Source of the DNA: Geosiphon pyriformis uo1
Lineage: Eukaryota > Fungi > Glomeromycota
Assembly (NCBI GenBank): GCA_016748015.1
Contig: JAAOMT010000369.1
Location: 1 to 64,000, forward strand
Length of the DNA stretch: 64,000 nt
Direction of reading: 5' to 3'
A program made the position numbers and the translations under genes. Shown here in pieces: positions 1-13,809 of this stretch (the stretch's first letter is position 1; every line of letters starts with the position of its first letter). The notes beneath the pieces were generated by a model that ran no database searches, had not been told where the DNA came from, and saw nothing but the letters and a program-made list of their open reading frames with translations.

Positions 1-1410
1 AGACCTGTCCAGTGCAAATTTACACACTTAAAAACTGGAATAGAACTAATAACAGCCAATTTGGATGTCTCACTGTCAAAACAAACTACTATACATTTAT
101 CATGAACATACAAACTAAGATTATGGCCAATAAAACAAGTTTTTCTACCATATAATTCCAGCAAATCTGACAAATTATGAACAGTAGTATTCATTGGCAA
201 AGTATACAACAAAGTCTGATACAGATCTCTTGTTACCCATAATTCTTTGTTATTAGCAGCCAGAGCCACATGTACTAAATTTTTTCTTATAAATACAGAC
301 CAATTGGAAGCAACTGAACTAGCCATATTCATTAATTCAAACTTGATTATGGCTTTTTGTCATAGTCTAATCAATTGTATTTTGATTAAAATTACCTTAC
401 CAAATTTTGAAAACACTAATTCTAATACCAATTTAAAAAATTCTATTGGGACCTTCTTGATGATCATTTTCCAATCTAATTAAATGTTAGGTTTCTTAAT
501 AATATTATTAACCAAAATTTTGGCAGCAATAACCAACTCTCTAGCCTTTAGCAAACTTGACTCCAAAGTAAAAGAGGATTTGATTAGCCAAGGAAATTTT
601 GAGAGAGTAGACACTCCTCCCAAAACTGTCTATATAATAAAAAATTTTTTTTAGAATTAATAACTTATTACCAAAGGACTTGCCAAATATAGTTGACAGG
701 TCAATGTCCAATGTGTAAGACTTTTTCAATACAAAATTTCTTGTTTTTTTGCTCTATAACACATTCAATAATAACTTCTTAAAACCAACAAATTTGGGTG
801 CTAGAAGCATCAATATGGATTTATTTTTACTTAAGTTATTAAAGAAAGGAGCTTTTGGCAGCTGTTTCAGGATGTATGTTCTAGTTCGTATCTTCCTTGA
901 AGTTGTATCATCCATTATATTATCAGTTTTAAAGGCATTAAAATTCATGTAACTCATTTTCTTAGCAATAGTATTTTTCATGTTTTTAATGTCAGATATC
1001 TCATTAATACTTGTTTTTTCATTTTCAATCTTACTACTCCAAAATACTTTGTGTTTTTTACTGTCAGTATACAAATTGTTAATAGAGATAAAACCAGTTG
1101 ACAAATCCATCACACTATTGGTAACTCCAGAATTCTTAAGCTTTTTGTATAAAGGGCCATGAAAGTAAACATTCTCAATACACATTTTCTTTTTAGTGCT
1201 AGCTTAAATTTCCAACTTAGTTGAAATAAAACCAGAACTACCAGCTGAAGAGCCAATTAGATCCATAACAACAAATAAAAATTCATTAAAAGAAACAACT
1301 ACAAAAACAAAGAGGAAAAAGAGAAATAAAAATGTATTTCTTCACTAGTTCAATGTTTTTGCTGTAACCAAGGGATCAATAAAAGAAAAAGTTTTTTTAA
1401 AAAAAAAATT
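1..1410 (-). mobile_element. 5' part of a degenerate LINE (5' UTR + ORF1 N-half), truncated by the window start
   Basis: Minus-strand translation gives IKIQLIRL*QKAIIKFE...NWSVFIRKNLVHV...LLYTLPMNTTVHNL...RKTCFI, collinear with ORF1 of the LINEs at 25342-27129 and 57150-58945 (GLWQKA, WSILIRKDAV, LLYTLPMGTTAHD). Candidate ATG at 1266. Confidence 0.85.
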
Positions 1411-1608
1411 AATTTAATATTATAAAAATCAAAACAATTTTATTTAATACTATAATATTATAATTAATATTTATTAATTATTAATTATTAATTTTTTTAA
1501 TGTTTTTATAATTTATTTTTTTAATATTTAATTTAATTGATTATTTTATATTTTATTATATAAATTAATTATTAATTTAAATCTTAACTAATTATTTAAT
1601 CTAATATA

Positions 1609-3690
1609 TTTTAATAAAATATATTCAAATATTATTTAATACAATATATTATAAGATATAACTTAAATTAAATATGTTTTATGTGCTTTTTACATGTGAT
1701 TAATTACTTAAGTTAATTAAAACACTAATTAAACTAAATTAAAAAGAGCTAAAAGTAAATTCAACTTATTAAGTTTCTTAATAATATCATTCAAATTTCG
1801 AATAACAAAAATAAAATTATTAAAAATAGTTTAATTTGTTTAATATTATTTTTAATATTAGAATTACATATTTATTACAAAACAATTATATAATTATAGA
1901 TATTTTTACTTAAAGAAAATATTCTAATAATATTATTTTTATTTTTATTTATGTTGTTAAAATTAATTTTAATTTTAAAACTAGTAAAATTTTTAGATAT
2001 ACCAGCCAAAAAAGTAGTAAAATTTTTAAAAATATTAATTATAATAAGTAAATTTTTTTTTATTTTGTGTTTTTGTATATATTTTCAATTAAAAAAAAGT
2101 ACCCAAAGTTATTAAAAAATTAATTAGTTTAATAATTAATAAATTTAATTAACTTAGTCAAGCTTTTAATTTAAAATTTTTTAAAATTTAATTTAGATTT
2201 AAACTTAAAATTAATATCAAAAGCAATTAAAAAAACAATATAAAAAGAAGCCAAAAAGACAAAAACTTTAGCATAAAACTTTTTACCAGTAAAAAATAAC
2301 ATAAAAATTTAAATCCAATAACAAATTTAATAAACAACTTAAAAAAAAAGATAATAATACTTTATAATAATTTAATATTTATAGCAATAATAATACTTAA
2401 AAGTTTTTTTACTAAATATGATATTTACATAAAGTATTAGTTTTAATAATAGCAAAATTCAAAAATCCACAAAAGCCAAATATTATAATAACAAAATATT
2501 AATAATGATAAAATTTAAAAAAATAAAGAATAATCTTTTTTTAATTAAAAAAAAATCTGAATATTATTTTTTTTTATTAATACAGACTAGTTATTAAAAA
2601 TAACAATAGCAAAATAAGAGTTTTTAAAATAAACAACAGAATATTATTACAAATTAACAGATTTTAATTTAATTAAAATAATAATATTAAAACCATTAGA
2701 AGTATTTTTGATATTATTAAAAAATATGCTAAAAAAAACATTACAAAATACAATAAAAATAAAAAAAAGATTAACAATTATTACAAAAATTTTTGCAATC
2801 TTAAGTATAATCAAAAAAAGTAATTTATTAATAACAATTTTGATAATAATAACCAAAAAAAACTTAAAAGCAAAGTTTATACAAAACAATTTAATATTGT
2901 TTTTTAAAACAAATTTGAGTTCAACAAAACCAAACAGCAAATAAAACAAAAAATAATAAAGCCAATTTAATTTTAAAAATAAAACTAAGTACCAGAATAG
3001 AAATTATTTATTTAAAAAATTTTAATAACTAAAAATTGTTTTTTAAACATTATTAAAAACAGTATCAAAAAAAAATTATTTAAATTAGTTTTTATTTAAT
3101 TAGTCTAATTTTTATAATTAAGTAATTTAATAAATTGTTTTGTTTTTAAACTAGTAATAATCTGCTAAAAATATCATATTTGATAATACAACTAATAGTT
3201 AATCTTGGCTTATCTTAAAAAATATACTGTTATTATTATTATTTATATTAAAAAGAAAGCTAACTATTATTAAAAAAATTTTATTTAAGATTTTATCTAA
3301 AACTACAAAAAAATTTAATATAATAATAAAAATTACAAGTAATTATTACTGTTTTTTAAATTTTTTTGCTTTTTTGGTTATTTGTAAAATAATATTAATA
3401 ATATAAGTAATAAAAACAAAAAAAACTAATTGATTTATTATTAAAAACTTTGAGATTCTTAAAAAAAATAAAAACAACACTAAAATTAACTTTAATGTGT
3501 TTCTTAAAAAAAACTTTGATTAAAAAAAACTATTAACCAAAAATAAAAAAATGTTTTAAAAGTTATTAAAAACAGTTTTTTACTATTAATATTTAAGAAA
3601 AATATTACTAAATTATTTTATTTAGGTGTTTTAATAACAAAAAAAATTTTTTTTGTTAAAACTTTAAAACTTTTTTATTTTAAATTAAAT
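1609..3690 (-). mobile_element. Heavily AT-mutated ORF1-only non-autonomous non-LTR element (HAL1-like), copy 1
   Basis: 3' end (minus strand of ~1610-1730) aligns with the LINE 3' tail at ~63630-63750 almost entirely through transitions. Body translates IKLKSVNL**YSVVYFKN...NN*SVLIKKNNIQI, in register with LINE ORF1 IKIQLVGLWQKAMIEF...KWSILIRKDAVQV. No room for ORF2. Collinear with 30895-33180. Confidence 0.7.
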
Positions 3691-3719
3691 TGATTAATTG
3701 TTTTTTTAAAAATATTTAA

Positions 3720-6700
3720 CTTTTTTATTTTCTATGTTTATAATTTTTCAAAGAGCATTTTTTCAAAAAAAAAGTTTTTTGTTTTTCTTGTTGTTTTCTT
3801 TCAATATTTTTCAAGCTAATAACTTCTTTATTGTAAATTTAAAAGTCACTTCAAGTGGTAGTATGTTTAAAAAAAAAATGCTTAAAAAGACTTTTTATAA
3901 TTTTACTAATGGCTTTTTTTTCAAAAAAAGAGAATTATTTTTAGTAATGTTAAATATTCTGGTAATAAAAAAAATGTTTCTTTGATTAAATTTAATTCTA
4001 ATATTAGTGTATATTTAGATATAAACAGTAAGTTTAATAATAATAAAGACAGTAATATAATAGTCAGCATTAATAGTAGATTTCTTTTAAATTCAATTGT
4101 TGTTATTTCTAAAAAGAGTAAATACTAATATAAATTGTGGTTTTTTTTTTGGTTTTTTTAATTTTGAAATGGAAAAAAAATATTGGATCTCTTTTATTTT
4201 CTTTTAATATTTTCTTAAACAGAAAATAGATTGATCTCAAGATTATTAAATTCAGATAGAAGTACCAATCAGAAATTTATTTGTTTTAGATATTAATTTT
4301 TAACTATTAAAAGCAAATTAATTACAACAAAAACTTGGTTTATCAGAAAATTTTTTTCATTAATCAACAGTTTTAAAAAAGTCACTATTTTCTCAAAATT
4401 TGAAAAAATTATTAAATCTATATTTATATTAGAGAAAAGTATAAATAAAACTGTATTATTAATTAAAAATAAAAACATTAAAGTAAATAACAATATTAAA
4501 AGACAAGATTTTTATTTAAATTGAACTTTGGTAATCAAAAAAATTCTTATAATATACTAAAAAATATGATCATTACTATAGTAATTAAGTATAATCAAAT
4601 AGTATTAATTGAATTATAATTAATTGAATTATAACAAAAAGCTGTAATAAAATTCATTGAATTAAATTAAGTTAATATATTAATATTCAAATAATTGTTT
4701 TTATTTGGAAAAAATTCAGTATATATGACTAAAACTATAAGAGATTATAATATTTAAATATTTAAAAATTGGTTTAGAGCACTTTTATTTATATTGCCTA
4801 TAAAAACAATAGTTTATAATTTTAATGTTTTATTAAAAAAAGCTGGTAAGAAAACTTGTATAATTAATTGTTTATTTAAAACAAATAATAAGATTTGTTA
4901 TATTGTGGTTGATTTTAAATTAAAAGAAAATCTAGAATCTGTTTTTTATATAAAGCTAATTTTGAGTGGTGTAAAATTTTTTTAGGCTAAAATAAACTTG
5001 GTTTAATGTAAAAAGTGTAGACATTTTAGACATTTTGTTTTAAAATACAATATTTTAAATATATTTACCATTCTGTCTTTAAAGTTATATAAAAAGTTTG
5101 CTTTAAATAAAAATTGTCTTTAATTAATCAAATTATATACCAAGAAAAGTATTCATATTTTATGTTCTGCTGTTTTTAATAACAAATTCTGGACACATAT
5201 AATTTTACTAACTTCTATTTTTAATAATATTTACTCTGGCTCTGGTTTTAATTTTTCTCTTTTTGGTGTTTTATATTTTAATAAAACTTTTTATTCTTTG
5301 TAAAATGGCTTATCTATTGATATTTGCTTGGTTTTTTAGAATGTTTTTTGGAGTTGCTGGTTAACCAAGTATTTGGTATTGTATACAAATTAAGTAATAA
5401 AGATTTAATATTATTGGTTTTTTTTTCTTATTTATTTTAATAAATTTAATAATATCTGATTTGAATTTGGATTTAAACATAATTTTAGATAACTTATAAA
5501 TTTTGTTCTTTTTTTTTTATTAATAAGTGCTGAAATTCTAGTGTTGAGTTTAAGTAATTTTAAAGTTTTAATCACTAAAATGGGCAGTTTGGAGTTAAAA
5601 ATAATGGCTTTTAAGATTTTTATTAATTTAGTTTTGGTAAAGTTAATTGTATATTGGTTTAAGTTCTCTAATCTTTTTATTATTTTAATAAATAATTTAA
5701 TATGGAAGTTTATTATTTACAATATTAAAAATATAAACAATAAAGCAAAACAAGACAATATTATTAGATAACACAAAAACAATAACAATTTAGTATTAAT
5801 TATTATTAAAACAAAATTGAAAACAAATGCTAAATTTTTAATCAAAAACAAATTTGTTAGAATTTATGTGTTTAGTTCTAACATAGATGTAAGTTTTAAA
5901 AGTTTAAGTGTTGTTTTAATTGTAAAAAATTCTTTGGTTTATTATGTCTCTAAGATTTCTGAAGTTTTTAATTAAGTTATTTCTATTTAGTTTCTTTTTA
6001 AAAACAAAGTTTTATTGTTTATTATTGGACTCTATATTAATGTTTTAGCTAATATTAGGTTTTTTCAAACTGTTAATATTAATAATTTTATAGCCAATAC
6101 TATTAACACAAGTATATATGTGGTTTTGGATAGAAATTTTAATGAGAATAATTTTAAGTAAAGTACAAGTTTCAAGAAATGTGTTAATCTGAATTTACAT
6201 AATTTACTTTGTAAAAAAACAATGTTTAAACTACTAACTTGAAGCAATTTAATATGTATACATAAGACTATTGATTATGTTTTTGTTAATAAATATTTTT
6301 TATCTGTATTAATAAGTCAAAAAGTTTCTAATGTCTTTGAATTTTTTAATATTAATTATAAAGTTGTTTTGGTTTTTCTTAAATTATGTGGCTTTTTAGA
6401 TGTTCATTTAATTATTGTTTAAATACAAACTAATAAAATTAATAAAAATTTGGAATAAAGAATGTTAATAATATTAAATAGAAACACTTTAAGAATTATT
6501 TGTTGGCTAATATGTCCATAAGTTTGAATAATTTCCAAAATACAAAAGAGTAAAAAAATGTAAATCTAATATAAAAAATTTTAAGAAAAATAATAGTTGA
6601 ATTAGCAGATAAAATTTTTTTTAGGTATTGGTACAATATATCTAATGCTTTTAAGAATAAGCAATTTTTTAAGTTTTATAAATTAGAAGTATTAGTTTCT

Positions 6701-9700
6701 AAAATTTTTAAAGGTTTTGTGTTTGAAAACACTTTTAATGTTAATTTTTTTATAAAGATATGGCTGAAAATTAATAATATTAGAGCTTTAAGTATGTATT
6801 TTTTAGTAAAAAATAGAATAAAAACAGAAGAAGTTTTTAATACTTTGTTTAAAGCTAAAAAAAAATATTATGTCTTTAAGTTATATAAGTTAAAAACTGT
6901 TAAAATTACAGCTATTAAAAAGACAATCAAAAAAAAATGAAAAATTTTTACATAAATAAAAGTTACATAATTAATTTTGTTTTAGAAAAGCTTTTTTGCA
7001 AAGTTGTATTGAATTATTTATAAGAAAAAAGAGTTGGTTTTAAAGTCTAATAAAATAAAGCTTAAAGTAAATACAATTATAAAAAGTTGGATTAAGAAAT
7101 ATTTGGTGCCAAAAGCCATGTCTAATTTTTAGTTCTATTAATATATGCTTTCAAATTATGTAAATAATAATGTTTTTTCTGAAGTTATAGAGGCAATTAG
7201 CTTAAATAAGTTAAAATACACAATTGAAAGTCTCTTTAATGACAAAACTACTGGTTTGTTTGGTATTTTAAATAAACTGTAAAGGTATTGTAATAAATGT
7301 ATTCTAAATTGTTTTTTAAATTTATTAAATTGTTTTTTGGTTTTAGTAGTTGTTTTTGTTTTTTGAAAGAAAGCTTAAGTGTTAATAATTTTGAAACCTT
7401 ATAAATAGAAAAAAGTATTAACAAATATTAGACTAAATAGCTTTGAATAAGATGACTAGAGAAATTTTGTTTAATATTTTGTCAAATCATATTTTTTTTG
7501 CTTGTAATAAGTTTAATGTGTTTTATAAAAATAATTTTTCAGTGCTTAAGGTTATTTTTACACAAGTTTTTGTTTTTACAATAGGTTTTGTTATAAAAAA
7601 TACTTTGGAAAAAAACAAAAAGTATAACTGATTTTATAGAATATATGTAAAACTTATAATTTTGTCAGTTAAAATCATTTGCAACAAAGTCTAAAGCAGA
7701 TTAAAATATGTGAAAAATTCATTGGTTTTTTTGGCAATTTGCATAAAAACAAGATTAATTGTGTTATAACAAATTTTGAACTCTTGAAGAGATACAAAGT
7801 TCATAATAAGTTAAATAAAAACAAAGTTTTTTTATTTTTTTTGTGAAAAATTTTCTATAATCTACTTTTGTATAAAGTTAAAAGACATAAGCATATATAT
7901 GAATACCAAATTAACACTAAATTTGTGGTTAAGTTAAGCAGATTAAAGATTAATTTAAGCAAAACCTCTTTTTTTACAACTGGTATTTTTGTAAATAATA
8001 TAATTTAAGTAAAAAATAGTTATATATTAATATACTATATTTTAAATATTGCCAATAAATTTTTTTGTATTAATAATATTTTAATTAACAATAAAAAAAC
8101 AATAGTTATTCCTATTAATCAAAGAATCAGAAAAACTTTTTTGTTTATTAACAGTCTGCTAATTATGATAATTAAAAAAAACAAGCTTTACAGATATTTA
8201 AGCATTTTTTTGTTAACCAAAGGTATATTAAAGCCAAGTTTGGCTAAAACACATATGAATATCAGATTTTTTCCTGATTTGGTATTGAGAAAAACTTTGT
8301 TGAATAAGTAGTTTTTTTATTTAATATTTGCAGTTTTATAGCCAATTGTAAATTATAAGATATAGTTTAGTTTTGTTTTAAAGAATATATATAACAAATA
8401 GAATATTTTAATAAGAAAGAAGCTAAAAATAAAAGCTGATTTGCTGAAAAACTTTTTTAATAAGACTATATATTATCTTTTTTTGTATAATCTAAAGTTT
8501 TTTAAACAAATTCAGACTAAAAAAAAGATTGTCAGATTAATTATCTTTTTTAATGTTGTTAGTACTTTTAGATAGCTATTTAAATATTGTTTTTTGGATT
8601 TACAGATTATAGAATAGATAAATTTGTTATAATATTTAGTAAAATTAAGAATTAATCCAATAAACAATTTTTTTGTAAGTACAATAAGAATTCTTTAAAC
8701 AATAAAATCTTTTTGACTAATAAATTTCCTAATACTTTTTATTATCTTAACAAATTTTTAATATTAGTAATTTTGGAAGTTTCCAATTATTATAGTATTA
8801 TTAATTTATTAAAACATTTTGGTATGACTTTTGGTAATAGATTTTTGAATAAATATGATAAAATAATAGATTAAAAAACTTTTTGTTATTAAAAAAAATT
8901 TGATCTAAGATCTTGTATTTTTTTGGTTTATTATAGTCTTTAATTTTATATTTAATTTTTGTTATGAGTTTTTGAATTTGTTTTTCAATTGTAGTCTCTT
9001 TAATGTTTTAAATTTTAAGAAATTTTTGGCTGTTTAAAAACAATTATATGGAATTTGGTTTAAGAGTTTTAATATATATACTAATAGTTATTAAAAAATG
9101 CTAATTTTTTGTTTATAGCTTATAAAGCATCAGTTTTTTTTCAAAAATTAATATAAGCATAAGAATAAAAGTTTAAAGTTTAATTTTTTCTATAATAACT
9201 AAATTATAAACTATTGCTTTAATACTAGAGTATATGTTTTTATCTTGTTTTAGTGTTTTGTATTTGGACAGTTAAGTGGTTATTGATTTGTGTTCTTTAA
9301 ATTCAGACCTATAACAATCTGATTTTTGTGTTAATAATTAAATAAAGTAACAGCATATAAGTAATTTGATTAAGAATAAAAATATTTTGGTAAAATGAGT
9401 AAAAGCTAAGAGTTATTTAGATGTTATAAGCAATAACCAGACAAATATGTTCGTAAATATTGCAATTAGTTTGTGCTTTTTTTCTCTATCTCATTTAAAA
9501 AAAATTTATTGTTGCAGATTGTCAGCCTGTTTCTAAGAATATTTACTATTTTTTATGTATTATGTATATATCAATTTGTTATGCTTATTAGGAAGCAGAT
9601 TCTAATTTAAAAATTGTAGTTGTTTTATTTATTTAGTGTATTAATTGAATTTAGACTGTAGTTATTTGGCATTCAAATTTTTATATGTACTCTAAATTTA

Positions 9701-10476
9701 CTAGCAGTGTTTTGTTAAGCTTGTGCACTTATTTAATAAAAGCTATTTATAAAAAATTACTGGTAATTATTAGAAAATGACTTTACAATAAATCTTACTT
9801 TAATGTGTTGTGTTTGTTATATGACAAAATAAAGCTGTCTAATTATGTTTTTATCTGTTTAAAAAATATTAATTTGTATGTAAACATAGTTTAAAAAATA
9901 ATTGCAATATAAAAATTTTTGGCTAATGTTAAAATTTTTTTTTTATTAACAGTTATATAAACATTTTTGCTGAGTTTGTTGAATGCTAATTTTTATGAAA
10001 TTCTGTATAAAAGTTTTATTATAAATAATTAAATTAAATAACATTGGTAATGTTTAATAATAATAATAAAAACTGTTTTAATAGTAGTAAACTTTGCTTA
10101 TTGGTTTGTAAAATATTATAAATTAGTGGTATGAATATTTAAATCAAAAATTAAAGCAAATATAAAGCATTGTGGTTTAATTAGTAATATAAATATAATT
10201 TTTGTGCTGTTTTGCTTCTTGTTTTTTTATTTGTTAAATAATATAATATAGTTGTTTAAAATTAATAAGGTTTTTGCTATTATAAGTTTGGTTTTTTTTT
10301 TTTTGATTTGAATAACAGTATAATAATTTGGGTGAGTATTTAGTGTAGTCTTAATTGAACTAAATATTTGGTCATATGTAGTAAATACATAAATTGTATT
10401 TAGTTAAGATTTTTTGATTTGATTTTTTATATTAAATAATTATAAGACTGTACTTATAAAATTTAATAAAAAAAAA
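3720..10476 (+). mobile_element. Full-length but heavily AT-mutated LINE (ORF1 + EN-RT-RNase H ORF2 fossil)
   Basis: ORF1 remnant from ~3863. ORF2 start INNLIWKFIIYNIKNINNKAKQDNII at 5688 matches MNSLVWNFATCNVRGMNNLAKQDNVI. RT motif GAFVDDT decayed to GIFVNNI at ~7982-8002. 3' tail motif at ~10360-10410, A-run at ~10468-10476. Ends approximate. Confidence 0.85.
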
Positions 10477-10588
10477 TCTTTAAATAAAATCTTTTATAAT
10501 TATAAAAAATAAAAATTTATTTAAATATTAAATTTTTTGTTAATATAAAATTAAAAAAACAATTTATATATATAGTTTTTTTATTTGG

Positions 10589-11567
10589 TGTTACCAGAGG
10601 TTTTTGGTCTCTTCTTAGCTCTTGTATGTTTATTGTAATGCTGTTAATTCATGACTATGAGAAGTGTTTGAATCTCTGATAACTGAATTTATCTTCAAAT
10701 TATCTCCTATAATTTGAACTGCTGGGCTTATAAGTGGAATAGCCAGTTCTATGTCAGTTGCTTTGTGTAGTTACGTTGTAATAAACGTCAACTCTTTCCC
10801 AGAAATTGCTTATCTAGAAGCTTACTAAAAATGTGTAGTTACTTTGCTGTGAAAGTCAACTTTTCTACAGGAATCTTGTCTGTAGACTACCCTAATAATT
10901 GTAATAAGAAAAGAAAAGAAAAAGAAAAGAAATGTAAAAGAAATAGAATTCTGTCAAGAGAAACGTTTTCTATCCAGGCCTGGAGTCACTAACAGTTTAC
11001 TGAAATTGGTAGCTAATCAATTTTAAAATGTTAGTTGGGTTTTAAGAATTTTCCAAGTACAATAATTAAAGAATTTGGTTTTTCAAATTATTTGATATTT
11101 ATTTCTTTTTGTGTGTGTAGGAATAGTTCTAAGTAATAAATCTAAAGTAAGATACATTTTCTCGAAGAGAAAAGTTCTTCTTTTATACAACTTGTCATAA
11201 CACTATTCTATGAACTTGAACTTTGCTCTTTTCTATAATTTTGCTGAACTAAAGATACATTTCAGCAAATTACAAATTATTTCTGCAAACTATTAGATAT
11301 TTTGGTGAACTATCAATTATTTCAGCAAATTTCTACAAATTTTGGCAAACTTTTGAATGTTACATATTTCAGGGTATTGCATGATTGATCATTGCACTTA
11401 GGTTATATTTGTGTTATGTACAAATTGAGTTATTAATTAAATGATAATTTCGAACATTTTGCTAATGTAATAAGTAATAATTTGAAATGATAATATATGC
11501 TAATTAATGATAAGATTTATAAGAGTAATTTTATGCTAAACAATATCTCTAATTTTGTTTGGTAACA
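10589..11567 (-). repeat. 3' LTR of the Gypsy element
   Basis: 979 bp, TG...CA ends with inverted termini TGTTACCA/TGGTAACA; ungapped alignment to 19437-20415. Confidence 0.97.
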
Positions 11568-12255
11568 TAATCTCCTCCTTAAGACTGAGCTCCGTCAAAA
11601 TCCAAGTACTGTCTGTAATTTTCAGATAATAATCCAAAATTATTGAAGAAATTTGGTCTGAAAATTGTTGAAATTTCAGTTCTGTGAGCTTTTCAATGTA
11701 TTGAATCTTCAAAGACTGTAAAATTGGGTTTTGTAGGACGTTTTCACAGGTGTGGAATAGGTTATAAAGTCTAAAGGCAGCTCTTAGTTTATAATAATTG
11801 TTTGTAGGTCCAGCTGTTGTCTTGAATTTGTTGTGGAGTTGTTTCCAAATAGCTTTTTTTGTGAGGTTTACTGCTGTAAGCTCCCGTTTTCATTCATGAA
11901 GTGTTTTTTCAATGTAGAAATATCTATATATTGGAGTATAGTCATAGTTTTTTTTGTTAAGACACAGTTGAAGTTTTTGTTGAATAGTAGCATTTGGTGG
12001 AATACTAATAGGAGTGAGCATTAAGTTTTCTCTTAAAGCAAGCTTTAAAAGTTCTGGCAGGTGAATTCCAGAATAACTTCTTGTGTTTTTCTTATATGAG
12101 TGATATTTTCGTAAATTTGGAGCTAAATTTGTAACTACTTTTGTTTGAATATAATTAATGTGGTTTCCAGTAATAGTAATGGATAATTCGGGTATTGTTT
12201 TTAAAGCTAACATTAGTTTTTGGAATAATTGTTGAATGTTTTAAGGAATAGTCAT
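11536..12255 (-). pseudogene. Gypsy accessory ORF3 (~239 aa, unknown function) between integrase and 3' LTR
   Basis: Single frame from ATG 12255 through the PPT to TAG at 11536 inside the LTR, with only two internal stops (TAA, TGA), each one transition from a sense codon. Includes track ORF 11890..12213. Confidence 0.7.
11571..11580 (-). other. Polypurine tract
   Basis: Minus strand AAGGAGGAGA, 3 nt upstream of the 3' LTR. Confidence 0.85.
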
Positions 12256-12377
12256 TATAAAAGATTTAAAAATAAAAGAAAATTATTTTTGGTGTATGAG
12301 TTTTTATGTTATTTTTGCTTTGTTTTTGTGAGATTGTTTCTAAATTATAAGGAGATAATTATAATAATAAATTTAAG

Positions 12378-13763
12378 CTAAGTGTTTAAGTTAGGAGGTT
12401 GTTCAATGACAACTATTGGTTCTAAATTTCGGAGAATATCTTCAGGATTGATTAAAGGGGAATGTGTACCAATTTGTAGAATTAATGATTCAGGATTGTG
12501 TCTGGAATTATAGTGTTTCAAACAATCTCCATGTGCAACTTTTGCTAGGATTTTGTCATCAAGTCTTAGCTTGTATGATCCATTGCTTAGGACTTCATGA
12601 ATAAAGAAAGGTTTATCTCATTTATTTTCAAATTTTCCACTTCATTGTTTTTCAGCTTTAGTTCTGTGTAAGAGAACTTTGTTTCCGATTTTAAATTTAT
12701 TGGTAACTGAAGGCAATTTGTTTTCATGCCATTCTTTTTGTTGAGCTTGGGAGTGTTTAATATGGATGGCTACTATTCGTTGTTTTTCTTCCAATGTGCT
12801 AAGCAGAGTATAGGCTCTTCGTTGTAGTGTTTTCTGAAAGTTGTTTTTATTAATTGGTTGTACTGGATATGTTTTCATTATGAAACTAATTGGTAACGTT
12901 GCTGTTCTTTCATAGGTTAAATCAAATAGTGTGTGTTTTGTGGTATCTTGTTTTAGTGTTCTATATGCTAGTAACACTGATAGAATAAAGAGATCCCATT
13001 CTTGCTTAAAATCGGTTGAGACTTTGGCTAATGATTCACACAATATTCTGTTAAAACATTCTAGAAGTCCATTTGTTTGTGGATAATAAGGCGAAGATAA
13101 TGGTCTCTTGACATTAAATCATTCACAAATTTCCTGGATTAAATTGTTCATGAAATGTGTTCCTTGATTAGATAAAAGTTCTATTGGGCATCTATGTCTA
13201 CAAATGATGTCTTCATAGATAAAGTTTGCTATTGATTTCGCATCTGCTCGTTGAATAACTCTAGCTTCAGGCCATTTGGTAAGATAGTCTACAGCTACTG
13301 CAATATAATGGTTTCTTTGGTTTGTAATAGGTAGTGGTCTGACTAAATTAATACCAACTCGGTCAAAAGGCTGTCCAATTTTGATTGGGTTTAAAGGTTC
13401 TGTAGGGCGAGTTTCTCCTTTTTTTTGACAACTATCACAAGACTTAACGTATTCATGAATGTCTTTTCTCATTTGAGGCCAAAAGTAATATTCTAGTGTT
13501 CTCTGGGTGGTGCTGTCTTTTCCTAGGTGTACTGATGAAAGGTCTGAGTGCATGTTATATAAAATGGTTTCTTTTTCATGTTCTTGTATTAATCTGAGTG
13601 GATTGTCTGGGTTTTTGAAGTTTTGATAATAAATAATGTTGTTGTGTAAAAAGTATTGTTTGGTTTGTTGTTGTAACTGATGTTTTTTATCTGAGAACCA
13701 ATCTGTTGGAATTGTTAATGTCTCCAAATATTGTTTAAAATTGTTGTAGTTTTTGGGGTTTAT
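12378..13763 (-). pseudogene. Gypsy integrase (HHCC, DDE core, GPY/F-like C-terminus; no chromodomain)
   Basis: H-x5-H...YVKSCDSCQK, PFDRVGINLV, VAVDYLTKWPEA, LLAYRT, KPFFIHEVLSNGSYKL. One frame with internal stops. Confidence 0.92.
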
Positions 13764-13809
13764 TATTTGTTGTTTTGTTGTTAATTCAAATGGGTGTTGG
13801 TTTTGTATT

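Noticed and set aside
12378-12640. Chromodomain at the integrase C-terminus
   Set aside because: Sequence after the GPY/F-like region is short and lacks the aromatic chromodomain motifs.
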